DNA of 64,000 bases from Macrostomum lignano (Eukaryota): contig NIVC01001068.1 of the NCBI GenBank assembly GCA_002269645.1, forward strand, positions 1-64,000, written 5' to 3'. The notes below the pieces were generated by a model that did not search any database, was not told the origin of the DNA, and saw nothing but the letters and a program-made list of their open reading frames with translations. Position 1 is the stretch's first letter; each line of letters begins with the position of its first letter. The translations under genes were made by a program, and so were the position numbers. Of this stretch, positions 11,916 through 24,058 are shown piece by piece.

Positions 11916-12751
11916 TATCTGCTGGTAAATATCAGTACTGCTATTCTCCCTAGCATAGAATTCGTGCCATAGACATGCGTTCTGCAGCAGAAGAAGCTGA
12001 GAGTTGGAGAAAGAGAAAGAGAAGGAGCGGGTAGTATATAAGGCTCTAGTCTCGCTAGCTTAGAAGTCAAAACTGAAAAGATTTTAAAAGTGCACAACCA
12101 TGTGACCCACGCCGGAACAAAAGCTCCTCTTTCTGTCTCTCATGCGAGACAAAAAGGCCGTTTTGTTCGGTAGTTTTGCGGATCGAGTACCTACAAACGC
12201 ATCATCCAATACCGTGCGACCTTGAATGTTGCAACTGCATGTTTTGTCCACTAATTTCGCACCAGATAGCCCCTCCCAAGTTGAAAATCTGTATCATCTC
12301 TCGCTCGCTTACTAAAAAAAGTTTATTCGAAACCAGTCTGCGGGCTATGAGCTATGACGATTTAAAACTGAAGTCGAGTTTGAACTGCATTGAGCTTCGA
12401 GATAGAATCGTACTGTGGTGATAAGACGGACGTGCGTGATTATACCTTGATAAAAAATGTCGTCGCAATCTGCATAAATTACCAACTGAAATATAACTGC
12501 AAAATCTACAATACGTCTTGTCGGGCAAGAAAATGAGGGGGGGGGTAGCACTTTAAAAATCTTTTGCAAGGTCTACCTGTCTAGGTCTCCTCACTTATCA
12601 AGCGCTGCACCCTTGCATAAATACTGCGCGCAATAATATAATTTGGTCTTTATTATTCAACTCATCTTCTATATAAATTGGTCTACTATAAGCACTTTGC
12701 TAAAGAAACTATAGCTTCTCCTACGTGCAGCAGGCAAAGTATTCATAGAAA

Positions 12752-13117
12752 ATGCCGACAGTTTCGGAGCCGAACCAACAACAACTGCAGCAGCAACAAG
12801 GAGGCAGCAATATGGAGCATCCCAGCCTGCCAGCCAGCGAGACACACTGCGCTTTCAATCCCATCGGCTGTCCGTTTGTCACCGGCGACCGGCAGCAGAT
12901 GAGTCGGCACTACGCCGACGAGAGCGAAAGCCATGCCCAGTACACTGTCTGTCTCATCGCCGAACTCAAGCAGGAGAACAGTCGACTGAGCGACCGGGTC
13001 AAGACACTGTCGGAGAAAGTGGACGGACACGAGCAGCGAATTCAGCGGCTGGAAGCGAATTTAGCTGCTCTAATGATGCCTGCTGGCAACAATAGCGGCA
13101 TGAACAGTCATCCATAA
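12752..13117 (+). CDS. Small TRAF-like protein (terminal TRAF zinc finger plus coiled coil; no RING or MATH)
   Basis: CAFNPIGCPF..RQQMSRH...SESH resembles the last TRAF Zn finger, followed by a heptad coiled coil. TATA-like CTATATAAAT near 12670. Confidence 0.55.
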   Translation: MPTVSEPNQQQLQQQQGGSNMEHPSLPASETHCAFNPIGCPFVTGDRQQMSRHYADESESHAQYTVCLIAELKQENSRLSDRVKTLSEKVDGHEQRIQRLEANLAALMMPAGNNSGMNSHP

Positions 13118-13970
13118 GTATTGAATCGACTTAACTTATCTGGAGGGGCAGAGCAGCTCAATGATCTGCTGTCTGACTGTCGAGTCTCCAGCTACGACCC
13201 TGGTTCGCTTCCGTACGCGGCTATTTGGGACTTGTGTGCACAAAAAATTGCCCAGGGGGTCGTCATGCGATTCACACGATCGGGCCAGTACATTAGAAAG
13301 TCAATTAGAAAGACGATTAGAAAGTTAAAGGGCTATTGTACACCCTGCGTGTGAGCGCGTGTGTATGATTGCGTGCCTGTGTACAATTTTCGCGCGCTTG
13401 TATGTGCCCAGGAGTCGGCCGAATGGGCCGAATTGCCGCCAGCGCTGGTTGTGAGACGATGTCGCCGAAAGCGGATTGCCCAGAGTTGTCAAACTTCGGC
13501 TATACATGTACACCAGGGCCAAGAAATCCATTGCTCGCAAATGCATGTTGAAATGAAATTTGGCCTTCTAATAATTAGGTAACTCCCATGTTTTAAGTTT
13601 TACATGTATACTTTTATTTGCCCCTATTACAAGGAGGTCACCCTAATTGTCTCGAGTGCCTGGCCTCTGGTACTCAGCGAATGAAGCTTTGAGCGCGTTT
13701 TTCTGTAAGCTTAGCACAGAACCTGAAATTATATATAAATGCATAGTATGCATGTGTGACTGTATGATCAAATAACTTTATTAATCATCATTATCTGTTG
13801 CGAATTCAATCGTCTTTCTTTCATATTTGGCTTATATGAAAAAAATAAATATATAAATTATTGTATTGCTTCGAACAATATCAATGCTCAAGCTAATTTT
13901 GACGAGATAATTAATGTTGAGACTCTGAGACTTGTAATACTGATCGCAACTTGACCTACCCTGCAAATAC

Positions 13971-14568
13971 CAGGGGGGACACATCCCCCAGTAAAATTTA
14001 TGGGGGGACATGCCAATGCTTTGTCCCCCCACCCCACCTTTGTTGTCCTGTTATGCATGGGAATCAATAATTTTGCTTCAGGGTGACAAAACATGAGTGC
14101 CTGCGGCGCTAAAATGAGTGCCTGCAGCGCTAAAATGAGTGTCTGCGGCGCTAAAATGAGTGCCTGCGGCGCTAAAATGAGTGCCTGTGGCGCTAAAATG
14201 AGTGCCTGTGGCGCTAAAATGAGTGCCTGCAGCGCTAAAATGAGTGCCTGCGGCGCTAAAATGAGTGCCTGCAGCGCTAAAATGAGTGTCTGCGGCGCTA
14301 AAATGAGTGTCTGCGGCGCTAAAATGAGTGCCTGAAGCGCTAAAATGAGTGTCTGCGGCGCTAAAATGGTGCCTGCAGCGCTAAAATGAGTGTCTGCGGC
14401 GCTAAAATGAGTGCCTGCGGCGCTAAAATGAGTGTCTGCGGCGCTAAAATGATCGCTGACAACACCGATTCGGAAAAGAATGTACATGTAGGAATTTAGT
14501 CATGTACATGCACATGTACAATTCTTGGCCTTGTCCCCTCCACCATAAAATCCATGGCGAGGCCCCTG
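13971..14568. mobile_element. Possible hAT-type MITE remnant carrying a 21-bp tandem array
   Basis: CAGGGG...CCCCTG ends and GGGGGGAC/GTCCCC subterminal motifs, but no TSD found and the ends do not match beyond 6 bp. Confidence 0.3.
14088..14450. repeat. 21-bp minisatellite (GAGTGCCTGCGGCGCTAAAAT)
   Basis: About 17 tandem copies. Confidence 0.92.
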
Positions 14569-15155
14569 GATGCTATATAAATAGTGAATTCTCGAAATTT
14601 TTAAACAGCTCGACAACTTCAACAGATTAAATTATCCTAAAAGCCATACGGATTACGGAAGTTTAATAGATGGATTCGTTAGATTGAGTAGCCTTATGCT
14701 TATAGAAATTAACTTAGAAATTGGCTACGGACAAGGAGAGTATCACCTATAGCAAATATCCCGCATTCACTATTTCATTTATTGCCAGTTTGGGCTGAGG
14801 CTAATACTAAACATTTTATGATGCATTATCTGCATCAAAAGCATGCATTGACTGGACTCAATCCTGCGATGGTTATATTGCAGGACATTCTCCTCTCTTT
14901 CATTGCCTGAATTGCCATTTGTTTGAGCAATGAGCACGCACAATGAGTGAGCAGTTCTGTGTCTCAGTAAGTGTCTCAGTAAATTATTTTTGCATGATGG
15001 GGGAAAGAGAGAGCTGGTAACTCATGAAAATGGGATCCCACATCAACTGTGGGAATAAAATACGCCCTCTAGTTTGGCATTCTGGCGCTATATAGCTCTG
15101 CTCATTTCATAAATCAAATGGTATAGCTAGGGCTCAGAGATGCCGTCAGACGCTA

Positions 15156-16863
15156 ATGCCAAAGCGCCATCGTCCGTCTCTTTGGCAGCAGCCACCAGAC
15201 GTCGACGCGATATCTACTTTCGACAGCTTGGCCAAACTAGAACTGCCGCGACTTCTCCGTCTACTACTGCCGTTGTGCAGCAGCAGCAGCAGCAGCAGCA
15301 GCAGCGGCGGCGGCTGGAGCGGAGGAGACAGCAGCGGCAACCTCAGCCGAGCGCAAGGTGCAGTACTCACAAACTTGTTTGGATTCTTGCAGTAATTTAA
15401 GAGCGCTGCAGGTTTCAGGCTCGACTGTCGATGTTGATTGTAAACTTTTCTCTGAGGCTTCGGTGTGACACTTGTTTTTTAGGCTGGTTTCCTGTGTACT
15501 TTTATTATTTTGTTTGAAGGTCATGGTATCTTTCAGGCTTGTTTTTGAGGCTCTCATGCAGTGTCTCCTGACCGTGCTCTTGAGGCAATTTTGGTATCTT
15601 TCAGGCTTGTTTTTGAGGCTCTCAGTGCCTTTTGACAGTGCTCTTGAGGCTTTTGATATCTTTCAGGCTTGTTTTTGAGGCTCTCAGTGCCTATTGACCG
15701 TGCTCTTGAGGCTTCTGGTATCTTCAGGATTGTTTTTGAGGCTCTCAGTGTCTCTTGACCGAGCTCGTGAGGCTTTTAGTATCTTTCAGGCTTGTTTTGA
15801 GCCTCTCAGTGTCTTGACCGTGCTATTGAGGCTTTAGGTATATTTCAGCTTTGTTTTATGAGGCTCTCGACGCATCTTGACCGTGCTGTTGAAGTTTTTG
15901 GTATCTTTCGGGCTTGTTTTTGAGGCTCTCAGTGTTTCTTGACCGTGCTCTTGAGGCTTCTGGTATCTTTCGGGCTTGTTTTTGAGGCTCTCGGTGTTTC
16001 TTGACCGTGCTCTTGACGCTTCTGGTTTCTTTCAGGCTTGTTTTTGAGACTCTCATGCAATGCCTCTTGACCGTGCTCTGGAGGCTTTTGGTATCTTTCG
16101 GGCTTGTTGTGAGGCTCTTGGTGCCTCTTGGCTGCCTGAAGACTTTCAGCATCTCCTGGACTCGCTGTTGCGTATTCTCTGTGTGTTTATCGCTCCGTAC
16201 ATGCGTCTTATGCCAGTTATATCGCCCTACAAGTGAAGAGGGGCTCCTAGCTAACTTTAGAAAGATACTTCTGTATTAAAATCAAGTACTGACGACTTAT
16301 TGAACGTCTTTTAACCCGTAATTTCTCATTCTCTTAGATTTACAGGTCAAATCTCTTTAGAACGGAAACAGCAGCAGCAGGGTCACAGCTCGCCTAGGCA
16401 ATATCCTCTGCCATCTCTGCTGCTTCTGTTACCAGCAAAAGCGGATAACAGCAAGTCGGCTCCTGCAGGTCCCGGCGGTTTCTGGCGGCCTTCTCCAACC
16501 AGACATTCGACGCCAGGTGCTGCTGCTGCTGCTACCGCCGCGGCTGCCGCAATCAAGCATCAACAAGAGCCGCCACCGCCAATGCTGGCGTTGCCAAGGC
16601 TGCCTCCACCTCCGCCAATTTCTGGGTCTCAGCCGGTGACGTCACGAGCCAGCCGCATCTCAAGCAATTTGTATTCGGTTTACCGACCGACCGAGGCGGG
16701 TTTAGCTATGCAGCGTCGGTCACAGCGGAGCAGTTGGAAATTCGAGACCAGTTTGAGGGTCTCATCGGCTGCTGCCCAGCTGAGTCCGTGGGCTACTAGA
16801 CGACAGATGGCCGCGGAGATGGAAACTATAGCGATCTTGCAGCATCTACTAAGCTCTGACTGA
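15156..16863 (+). CDS. Putative two-exon low-complexity protein (about 15156-15357 and 16346-16863)
   Basis: GC-rich, CAG/GCT-rich segments flank an intronic repeat. Phase-1 join CAAG|gt..tttacag|GTCAA gives a continuous frame, but the donor is weak and no domain was recognised. Confidence 0.3.
15405..16135. repeat. ~62-bp diverged minisatellite (CTTTCAGGCTTGTTTTTGAGGCTCTCAGTG...)
   Basis: About 11 degenerate tandem copies. Confidence 0.88.
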
Positions 16864-17998
16864 TTAGTCACACTAAATCAAGAACTTTCTCTCGTATCCT
16901 AGCTTTCATATAGAGTTTGTATTTTCTCCTTATAAAAATATTAACCCTTACTTAAATAAATTAATTAAGTCTTGCTCAAAAGCAATTTGAATAAAGTAAA
17001 GTAACTTCTTACGCGGTGATTGGTTGTTATCTTCGGAGATGTTCATTTTATAACCTGATAGATATAGCTAGAATAATAAAAGCAAAATCGAAGCGGCAAA
17101 ACTTATTGCGTAATCGCAACAAAAAGTTTTCGTAAATTTTCGCAGATTAACAAATATAGTAGCTCGTACTAAAAATAAACATAGTACAAGTAACAAGCCT
17201 CAATAGATTAGGATATTTGGTTTTTTAACCAGCTAATAAATAACACCGATTAAACCTGCTGTGTCGCTGACTGTGGTAAAGATTCTTATTGCAAGAGAGA
17301 GGACGACGAAGTTTGTTACGAGTATTTGAACAGTTTTTGGACTAGTGCTGCTTGAAACTAATCGTCACTGTGTATGTACGTTCATCCGCGCAGAACCGGC
17401 TAGCCAACCGTCTAAATGTACACGGCAGAGGCAAAAATCACGGCCTATCTCAATTCGAGCTTTAAATTCACACTTCTGGAGGCGCTAACACCCTTGCTTT
17501 TACCCCTTACTACCCGGCCTAGCAGTTAATTAACAGCTTACTTTGGAAGTTTTGTCCCTATAAAACGAATCCCAGGCGTGCCCGACGTGTTTAAGAGGAC
17601 TTTTATATTTCTGTTTTAAACTAGACGAGACCGCGCATGTACATTGATCCGCGCAGACAGAGTACACTGGCTAGTCATCGGTCTAAAAATGTACATGCAA
17701 AGAGACGAAATTGTCTGTCCATTCCAATCCAGTCTAGCCCTAAATTCACATCGTTCCCCTTGCCCCCCACCCCCACCGAGCCGCTGCCTTAGCCTTACCC
17801 TCCGTGCCCCGCTAAAATTAAAATGTTTTAATGCCCATCTTCACATAATGAAGAAAGAATAACAGTCTAACTTAGTCTAACACTCTTCTTGCTCGTATTC
17901 CAAGTTAGCTTCAGCAGTTTAACCTTCGCTCGTTCTCCGTGCTCCTAAGAAGGTTGTACTCTAGTTTTTCTCACTCATGGTCTTCGTTGATCTCACGA

Positions 17999-18730
17999 TC
18001 AGCGCGACGTCAACGGATAGCCCGGATTGTAGTTGGACATGCGATGTCCGGCTTGGTTAAATCCAGTCGAGCCCCAGGTGCGAAAGTCGAATGGGCCGGT
18101 CATGCGCTGCGGCTGGGTTGACACGCCACGCTGAGCCGAGGCGCCATAGCCTGATTGTGGGGCGCCGTAGCCCGTCTGTTGATGCGGTGGGGCGCCATAA
18201 CCAGTTTGTTGATGGTGTGAGGCGCCATAACCAGTTTGTTGATGGTGTGAGGCGCCATAACCAGTTTGTTGATGTTGTGGGGCGCCATAACCAGGCTGCT
18301 GAGATGGGGCGCCGTAGCCAGACTGCTGAGGCGGGGCGCCATAGCCAGGCTGTGGTGGAGCGCCGTAACCTGGTTGAGGGGCACCATAGCCAGTCTGAGG
18401 CGGGGTTCCGTAGCCTGGTTGAGGAGCGCCGTAGCCAGTCTGAGGCGGGCCGTAGCCTGGTTGAGGAGCGCCGTAGCCAGTTTGAGGCGGGCCGTAGCCT
18501 GGTTGAGGGGCGCCATAGCCAGTCTGAGGCGGGCCGTAGCCTGGTTGAGTGGCGCCATAGCCAGTCTGAGGCGGGGCACCGTAGCCTGGTTGAGTGGCGC
18601 CATAGCCTGGTTGAGGCGGGGCTCCGTAGCCATAGCCAGGCTGCTGCTGAGGCTGCTGCATGCCTTCCAAGCCAATGGGCGGCGGCTGCTGGGGCCCAGA
18701 GCCGGTGTAAGGCGGATAATTAGGGTGCAT
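17999..18730 (-). CDS. Gly/Tyr/Pro/Gln-rich repeat protein (GYGAPQP/GYGPPQT heptads)
   Basis: Open frame from ATG 18730 (MHPNYPPY...) with more than 20 GYG repeats that vary mainly at synonymous positions, and a unique C-terminus; no signal peptide seen. Confidence 0.75.
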   Translation of the reverse strand: MHPNYPPYTGSGPQQPPPIGLEGMQQPQQQPGYGYGAPPQPGYGATQPGYGAPPQTGYGATQPGYGPPQTGYGAPQPGYGPPQTGYGAPQPGYGPPQTGYGAPQPGYGTPPQTGYGAPQPGYGAPPQPGYGAPPQQSGYGAPSQQPGYGAPQHQQTGYGASHHQQTGYGASHHQQTGYGAPPHQQTGYGAPQSGYGASAQRGVSTQPQRMTGPFDFRTWGSTGFNQAGHRMSNYNPGYPLTSR

Positions 18731-20086
18731 GCTAGATCGTGATTTGCGTCGAAGTCTTGTCAACTTATTAGGCCTATTGAAAAATCTGTCCAAGAATCAG
18801 GATTTTATCGTTCACTGTGGTCCCGGATGAAGATATAGCTACTCTCGCGCCTAGGAATTATAAAAAGTTTGAGTACTGTTCGTGGGGCGAAGTCTGCCTG
18901 ACGGATCTGTTCTGACTTGGGGAAATTTTCTTTGATTCAGCTTGGTCGTTTTTTCCATAGTTACGCACTCTCTGTCTCTAGTACGCCTTCATGTGTTAGT
19001 TTACAGTCAACCCCCCCCCCAGAAAACAGAGGGGAGAGTGGAGGGAGGGGAAGAGATAAGGGCAGCAAGTTAGTACATTCAGCGGAACGAGGATTTCATA
19101 CGGGAAAGAAATTTTCAACGCTGCACAGCTTGCTTGGGTTTTGCTGTACGCGAAAGGAATTGGCACTGTACTTTCCCTCTCTCACTGTTGAAGGGCCTGA
19201 CAGTATCTTCTATCACCCAAATGTGCACTGCTGGCGTGTCGCTCGTAAACGTCTGTAGGAGTGTACAGTTGGCATTCGAGAGAAACCTGCATTGCCTGTT
19301 AAGCTCGTACTGGACAGAAGGGGAGTAACTATACTGATATTCTGGTGTACACATGCGTTAGTGAGAGAAGCAGAGAAAAGTGAATCGATAAGCAGAAACG
19401 GTTAAATGTTTGAAAATTTACGTTTTAAACGATTATTTCTAGCACCATATTATACTTCTCTCTACTGAGTGATAAAATTCGAATATTACATGTATTAACT
19501 GTGCGCATGCAGCAGCCAAGCAGTAACGCAGTCAGCCTCGCTTGTACTAGTAGTGTAGAGAATGAAACGGTCAGGACCTTGTGTGCGTGTGACAGAAAAA
19601 CTGTGTTTTCTTATTAGTTTTGAGATGGACCGGGGTAGGAAATTGGAGTTCTATTCTTTACATTATGTAGACAGAAAAGTAGAAAAATCTCAGTAGCTGC
19701 ATGGCTCTAGGCTGTGGGTTAGACTTAAATCAGAAGCATCTGAGTGCGAGTCCATCAGACACCCCCTAGCCATAGCACTGCCAAACTCAGAACAACAATT
19801 TCCGCTCTATTTCAAGAGTTCTAACTCTCGCAGGTCTCGAGTCCTAGCTGACGACTCAACCCTGCTCATCTAAGCCAGTCTGAGAAGCAATTCGCAACCA
19901 GATTCGTTCTGGCATCGGTCAAGCTTCTTCTCTTCTCGTATATATTCCTGTCAGAAGCGAATTCTCTGACTCACTCCCTCAACCTCGAGCGTCCTGCTAA
20001 AACCGGTACATTTGAGTTGCCGGCACTGAAAAAAATACTTCAAAATTTTAACTGACCTATTAAAAGTGGTTCGATCCAGAGCACAA

Positions 20087-21923
20087 ATGAATCGAGAGCA
20101 TCTTAGTCGTCGGCACGATGTCGTCATTATCGGAGCTGGAATAGCCGGACTGACGGCGGCCCACCTCCTGCTGAAGGCTAGGCCAGACCTGGACCTGCTG
20201 GTGCTGGAGGCGAAGGACAGAATTGGTGGACGCCTGTTGTCGAAGCCGGTCAGATGCGCTGATGGAGAGGTTCGACAGTGGTGAGACGACGGGCGACGAT
20301 TTCAAAGTTTTTTGAGAGGCCTGCTTTAAAACAAGATTATTTGATATGCTTAGTGTTGAAAAATTACTATTGTCAACGCATGTAAACAAATGCTAGTTGT
20401 TTGATAAGTCCTATATATTCGTTTATATTTTTCAATGGTACGGGATCAGTTCCAGATCGTTAACAATCATCATTAGCAGAGCATACATGCATTAGTCCAG
20501 ATGTACGAACGTGCAATAATCTTTTTTGGAAGGTACACGAAAAAAATCAAAACGTTATATAATCTGAAAGAAATTAATTTGACTACTTCTTTCTTACCAG
20601 GTGTTTTGGTGGCACCTGGGCTTCTAAAACCCAGTGTAACCTTCTTGAGCTGCTAAAAGAGATGAAGATTGAGACGTTCGAACAGTACCGCCAGGGTATC
20701 AAGTTTGTTGAGATGGACAACACTGTCACTCAATATGAGGGCGGGGTGCCAACAATCGGTCTGCTAAACCTTCTAGACTTGAACCTCACTCTGCAAGCGC
20801 TCGAACGGCAAGCGACGGGGTTGAAGACCAGCCAGCCGGATCAGGTTGAACGTATGGATCAGGACTCGGTGAAGAGTGCTGTGCAGAGACTCACATTCAG
20901 GTGAGAGACAGACAAACTAATTAAGAGTCTTGTACCGCAAAATGAGTATCCCGCAAGCATGTTAAATTTATTATTTATTCCGCCACAAACAGAGAGGAGA
21001 GCGAGCTCTTCCTCCGAGGCGTTGTAGCGCCAGTGCTGCAAGGCTCTGACGAGCGAATCTCACAGATTCATGCGCTAAACGTCGCTCAATCTAGCGGTGG
21101 ATTCGAGAAGCTCTTCAAGGACGCCCAGGAATTGCGCGTTGACGGCGGCGCGCAACGCATCACCGAGCGGCTGGCTGAATCGGTTGGACCGGCTAGATTG
21201 CGTCTTGGCTGGGCCGTCGCCGAGATTCGTCAGAGTACAGACAACGATGATGAGAATTTTCGAGGAGAAGTATGCCTGCTGTCTGAATCCGGCGACCAGT
21301 TAACTAGCTGCCTAGTACTCTGCACGCTGCCACTCGCTAGTCTCAACTTGGTGAAGTTTCGCCCAACTCTACCCCCGTCCAAGCAGCAATTGGCCAACAA
21401 CTGTCCGACCGTGTCGCACACGCTGAAGACGATCATCACCTATGCGAACGCGTTCTGGCGTCAAGCTGGTTTCTCCGGAGAGATTCTCTCGTGCCAGGGT
21501 CAGCCAATGAACCCGCAGAGCGTCAGCGGCTCGATCAGCGTGTGCTACGACGCCTGCAGCAGGGACGGAGCGCACCCAGCTTTAGTTGTTCTGGCCTCGT
21601 CGGGCGCCGACCGTACTGCAAGTCCCAACGAGCGTCGCGAAGCTCTGCTAAACCATCTGGCCAGATTCTTCCCCAAAGAGGATGTGTTTAACTTTATCGA
21701 CTACGCTGAGCACAGTTGGTGCTCGGAGCCGTATCATAGCACTTGTATGGCGTCGGCTGTGTCAGTGGGTTGCGGCAGCCTGCTACTGTCCCCAGAGCTG
21801 TCCAAACCGTTTCACAGGGTGCACTTTGCGGGCAGCGATATGGCTGACGAATGGATCGGCTACATGGAGGGTGCTGTTCAGAGTGCGAAGCGTGCAACCG
21901 CCGAGCTTTTGCAAGCGTTGTGA
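20087..21923 (+). CDS. Flavin-containing monoamine oxidase-like protein. Exons 20087-20280, 20601-20900, 20993-21923; 474 aa.
   Basis: [10 protein letters not shown] dinucleotide-binding motif; [10 protein letters not shown]; QELRVDGG; K..ITY..AFW; [13 protein letters not shown]. Splice phases are consistent. Confidence 0.92.
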
Positions 21924-22091
21924 TCACGATCGTGAGAGAGTAGATCAAGGAGGGATTTTTGTGAATTAAGGATTTTGCAGAATCAGCACGATTCTGAATG
22001 AATAAGCAATATAATTTTCCGTCTGCATCAGGTAGCAGAGAAAGGCATATACTCGTTACTATGCCAAACCACGTTTGGACGCTTACATATT

Positions 22092-22317
22092 GGGTTGCTT
22101 TCACAAACGCGAAAGTTTCGCGTTTGTGAAGTTTCGAGTTTGTGAAAGTGACTGCAAAAAATTTAGCGGTTATGAAGTTTCGCGTTTATGAAACTTTGCG
22201 CTTATGAAAGTAGGTGATTTAGCGGTTGTGATCAAAGTTTAGCGGTTGTGAAGTTTCGCGTTTATGAAAGCAAGTGCTTTTAGCGGTAGTGAAATTTCGC
22301 GTTTGTGAAACCCACCC
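22092..22317. mobile_element. MITE with GGGT termini and 8-bp TSD (Merlin- or MULE-like)
   Basis: TSD TACATATT at 22084-22091 and 22318-22325; ~23-bp TIR GGGT(T/G)G(C/G)TTTCACAAACGCGAAA; internal TTTAGCGGTTGTGAAGTTTCGCG repeats. Confidence 0.82.
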
Positions 22318-22553
22318 TACATATTGACGAAATTGCTAAAACTATATCTAGCTCGTAAATGCAGTGTTTTCCCGATTGCTTGATAGTTCTGCTGCCAGAA
22401 TATTCTGATTCTATTGAGCCAATACCCTGTTGTCTTTCAGTGCTAGCTAGACATTTAGCTGTGCACGCCCGATAGACATTAATTAATTAACAGAATTCTC
22501 CCAAGTAAAACAAAGTTTCTGCTGCTAGCTTAACAAATTGCTGTATTATTGCT

Positions 22554-23274
22554 AAAAGTTCTTAGACATCCCTCCTGTCTCTGCATCTGTTCAATCGATC
22601 TTTATAAAAATTTACACAAACCTGGGCTTATATCTAATGAGCTCAGTGCTAAAGTTTCAGCTTAATCGGGTTGACAGAGCAAAATCAATCGATCATTTAC
22701 TGAGGAACCTACGAAATTAGCGATGCGACTTTTTAAAAGCATCGAATCTGGACTCCTGTGGTGACATTGCAGCTCATTTTTAAAAGAATTAATCAAAGTA
22801 TTACTGCTTTCGCTGAGTATTGATAAATACCTTGATTGAGTCAATAATAATGCAAGCTGTGAAGGTTTAGCCAGTAGATTAAAGAGCAAAAAAGAGCAAA
22901 GCAGTAAGCAGCATAGCCAGATTCAGATGCTGAGACGCGGAACCAGCCTCAGATGGTTTAACAGCAAAAGAATCGCCAATTCGACGGAATGAAGATTCTT
23001 CTGAAGATTTTCACGATGGTGATCTGTTTTTTGAAGTTCTGGTACTTGACAGTTTGAACTGCTGGCTCCTTAACTTTTACATTTTGTTGAGTTTTAAATC
23101 GTATTGCTAATTTCGTAGGTTCCTCAGTAAATGATCGATTGCTTTTGCTCTGTCAACCCGATTGAGCTGAAACTTTAGCACTGAATTCATTACATACAGG
23201 TCCATGTTTGTGTAAATTTTTATAAGGATCGATTGAACAGATGCAGAGATGGGAGGGGTGTCTAAGAACTTTTT
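22554..23274. mobile_element. Foldback-like element with ~185-bp diverged inverted repeats
   Basis: 22554-22738 is the reverse complement of about 23093-23274; exact ends and TSD are not resolved. Confidence 0.6.
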
Positions 23275-24058
23275 GGACGCATTAAGGTAGCTTGTTTTTT
23301 AGTTGATTTAATCGATTTTTGTTATATCTCAGCTCATTTTTGTATTTGTGTATTTATACTGTCTGTGTGATATACTTTGCTGAATATCGTTCAGCAAATA
23401 AAAAATGAATCCTTTTTGGCTAAGGTTCTTTTACGTAGCCAAGTAAATTCGGGCCACAATGGCGAAGCTGTTTAAATTTAAAGCTACGCAAAGTGAGCCG
23501 CAAAAATACTTGACAAACAAGGTCCAATAGCGAGTGATATGAGTATTTTATAGCTCGTATCTTAAATGTAAAATACACTAAACTCAAGAGTGACTTGAAA
23601 AATTCCTATCAATGTATGCTAAATTTGTTTTATCTGAAAAATCTCTTGCCTTTTCTAACAAGCTCCACCGAAAGCAGGCGAACTGGCATTTGCCTGACGC
23701 GCACGCGGACCCAAGTAAAAATCCTTGCTCTTAAAATTAAAAAATGCCGCACTGAACCTCTGCACTCCCAATCTCAGAGCAATCAAGATAAACACACTTT
23801 CGCCCAGTCATGTGATAGTTACTGTTCTTTGGAATTTGTTGTCTGTCGTTGTCATTGACTGCGAATTTAAAATCTTCATGTACATTTGAACATGTGAAGC
23901 ATTCGTGGCGTTTTGTTGCCACTGACAACGGATAGGCAACAAGAGAAAGCTAGTTAAAGGCTCCATTAGGCACCTCCAGAGAAACTTTTTCTGTCAATAA
24001 CTGCAGTGAAAGACTACGGTTAAGGTAAAAGCACTGTACTAGAATCCAATCCGAGCCG

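Noticed and set aside
18091-18723. Plus-strand 210-aa ORF overlapping the GYG-repeat gene
   Set aside because: Antisense shadow of a repetitive coding sequence. The overlapping ORFs on KMT2, USP and the MULE were treated the same way.
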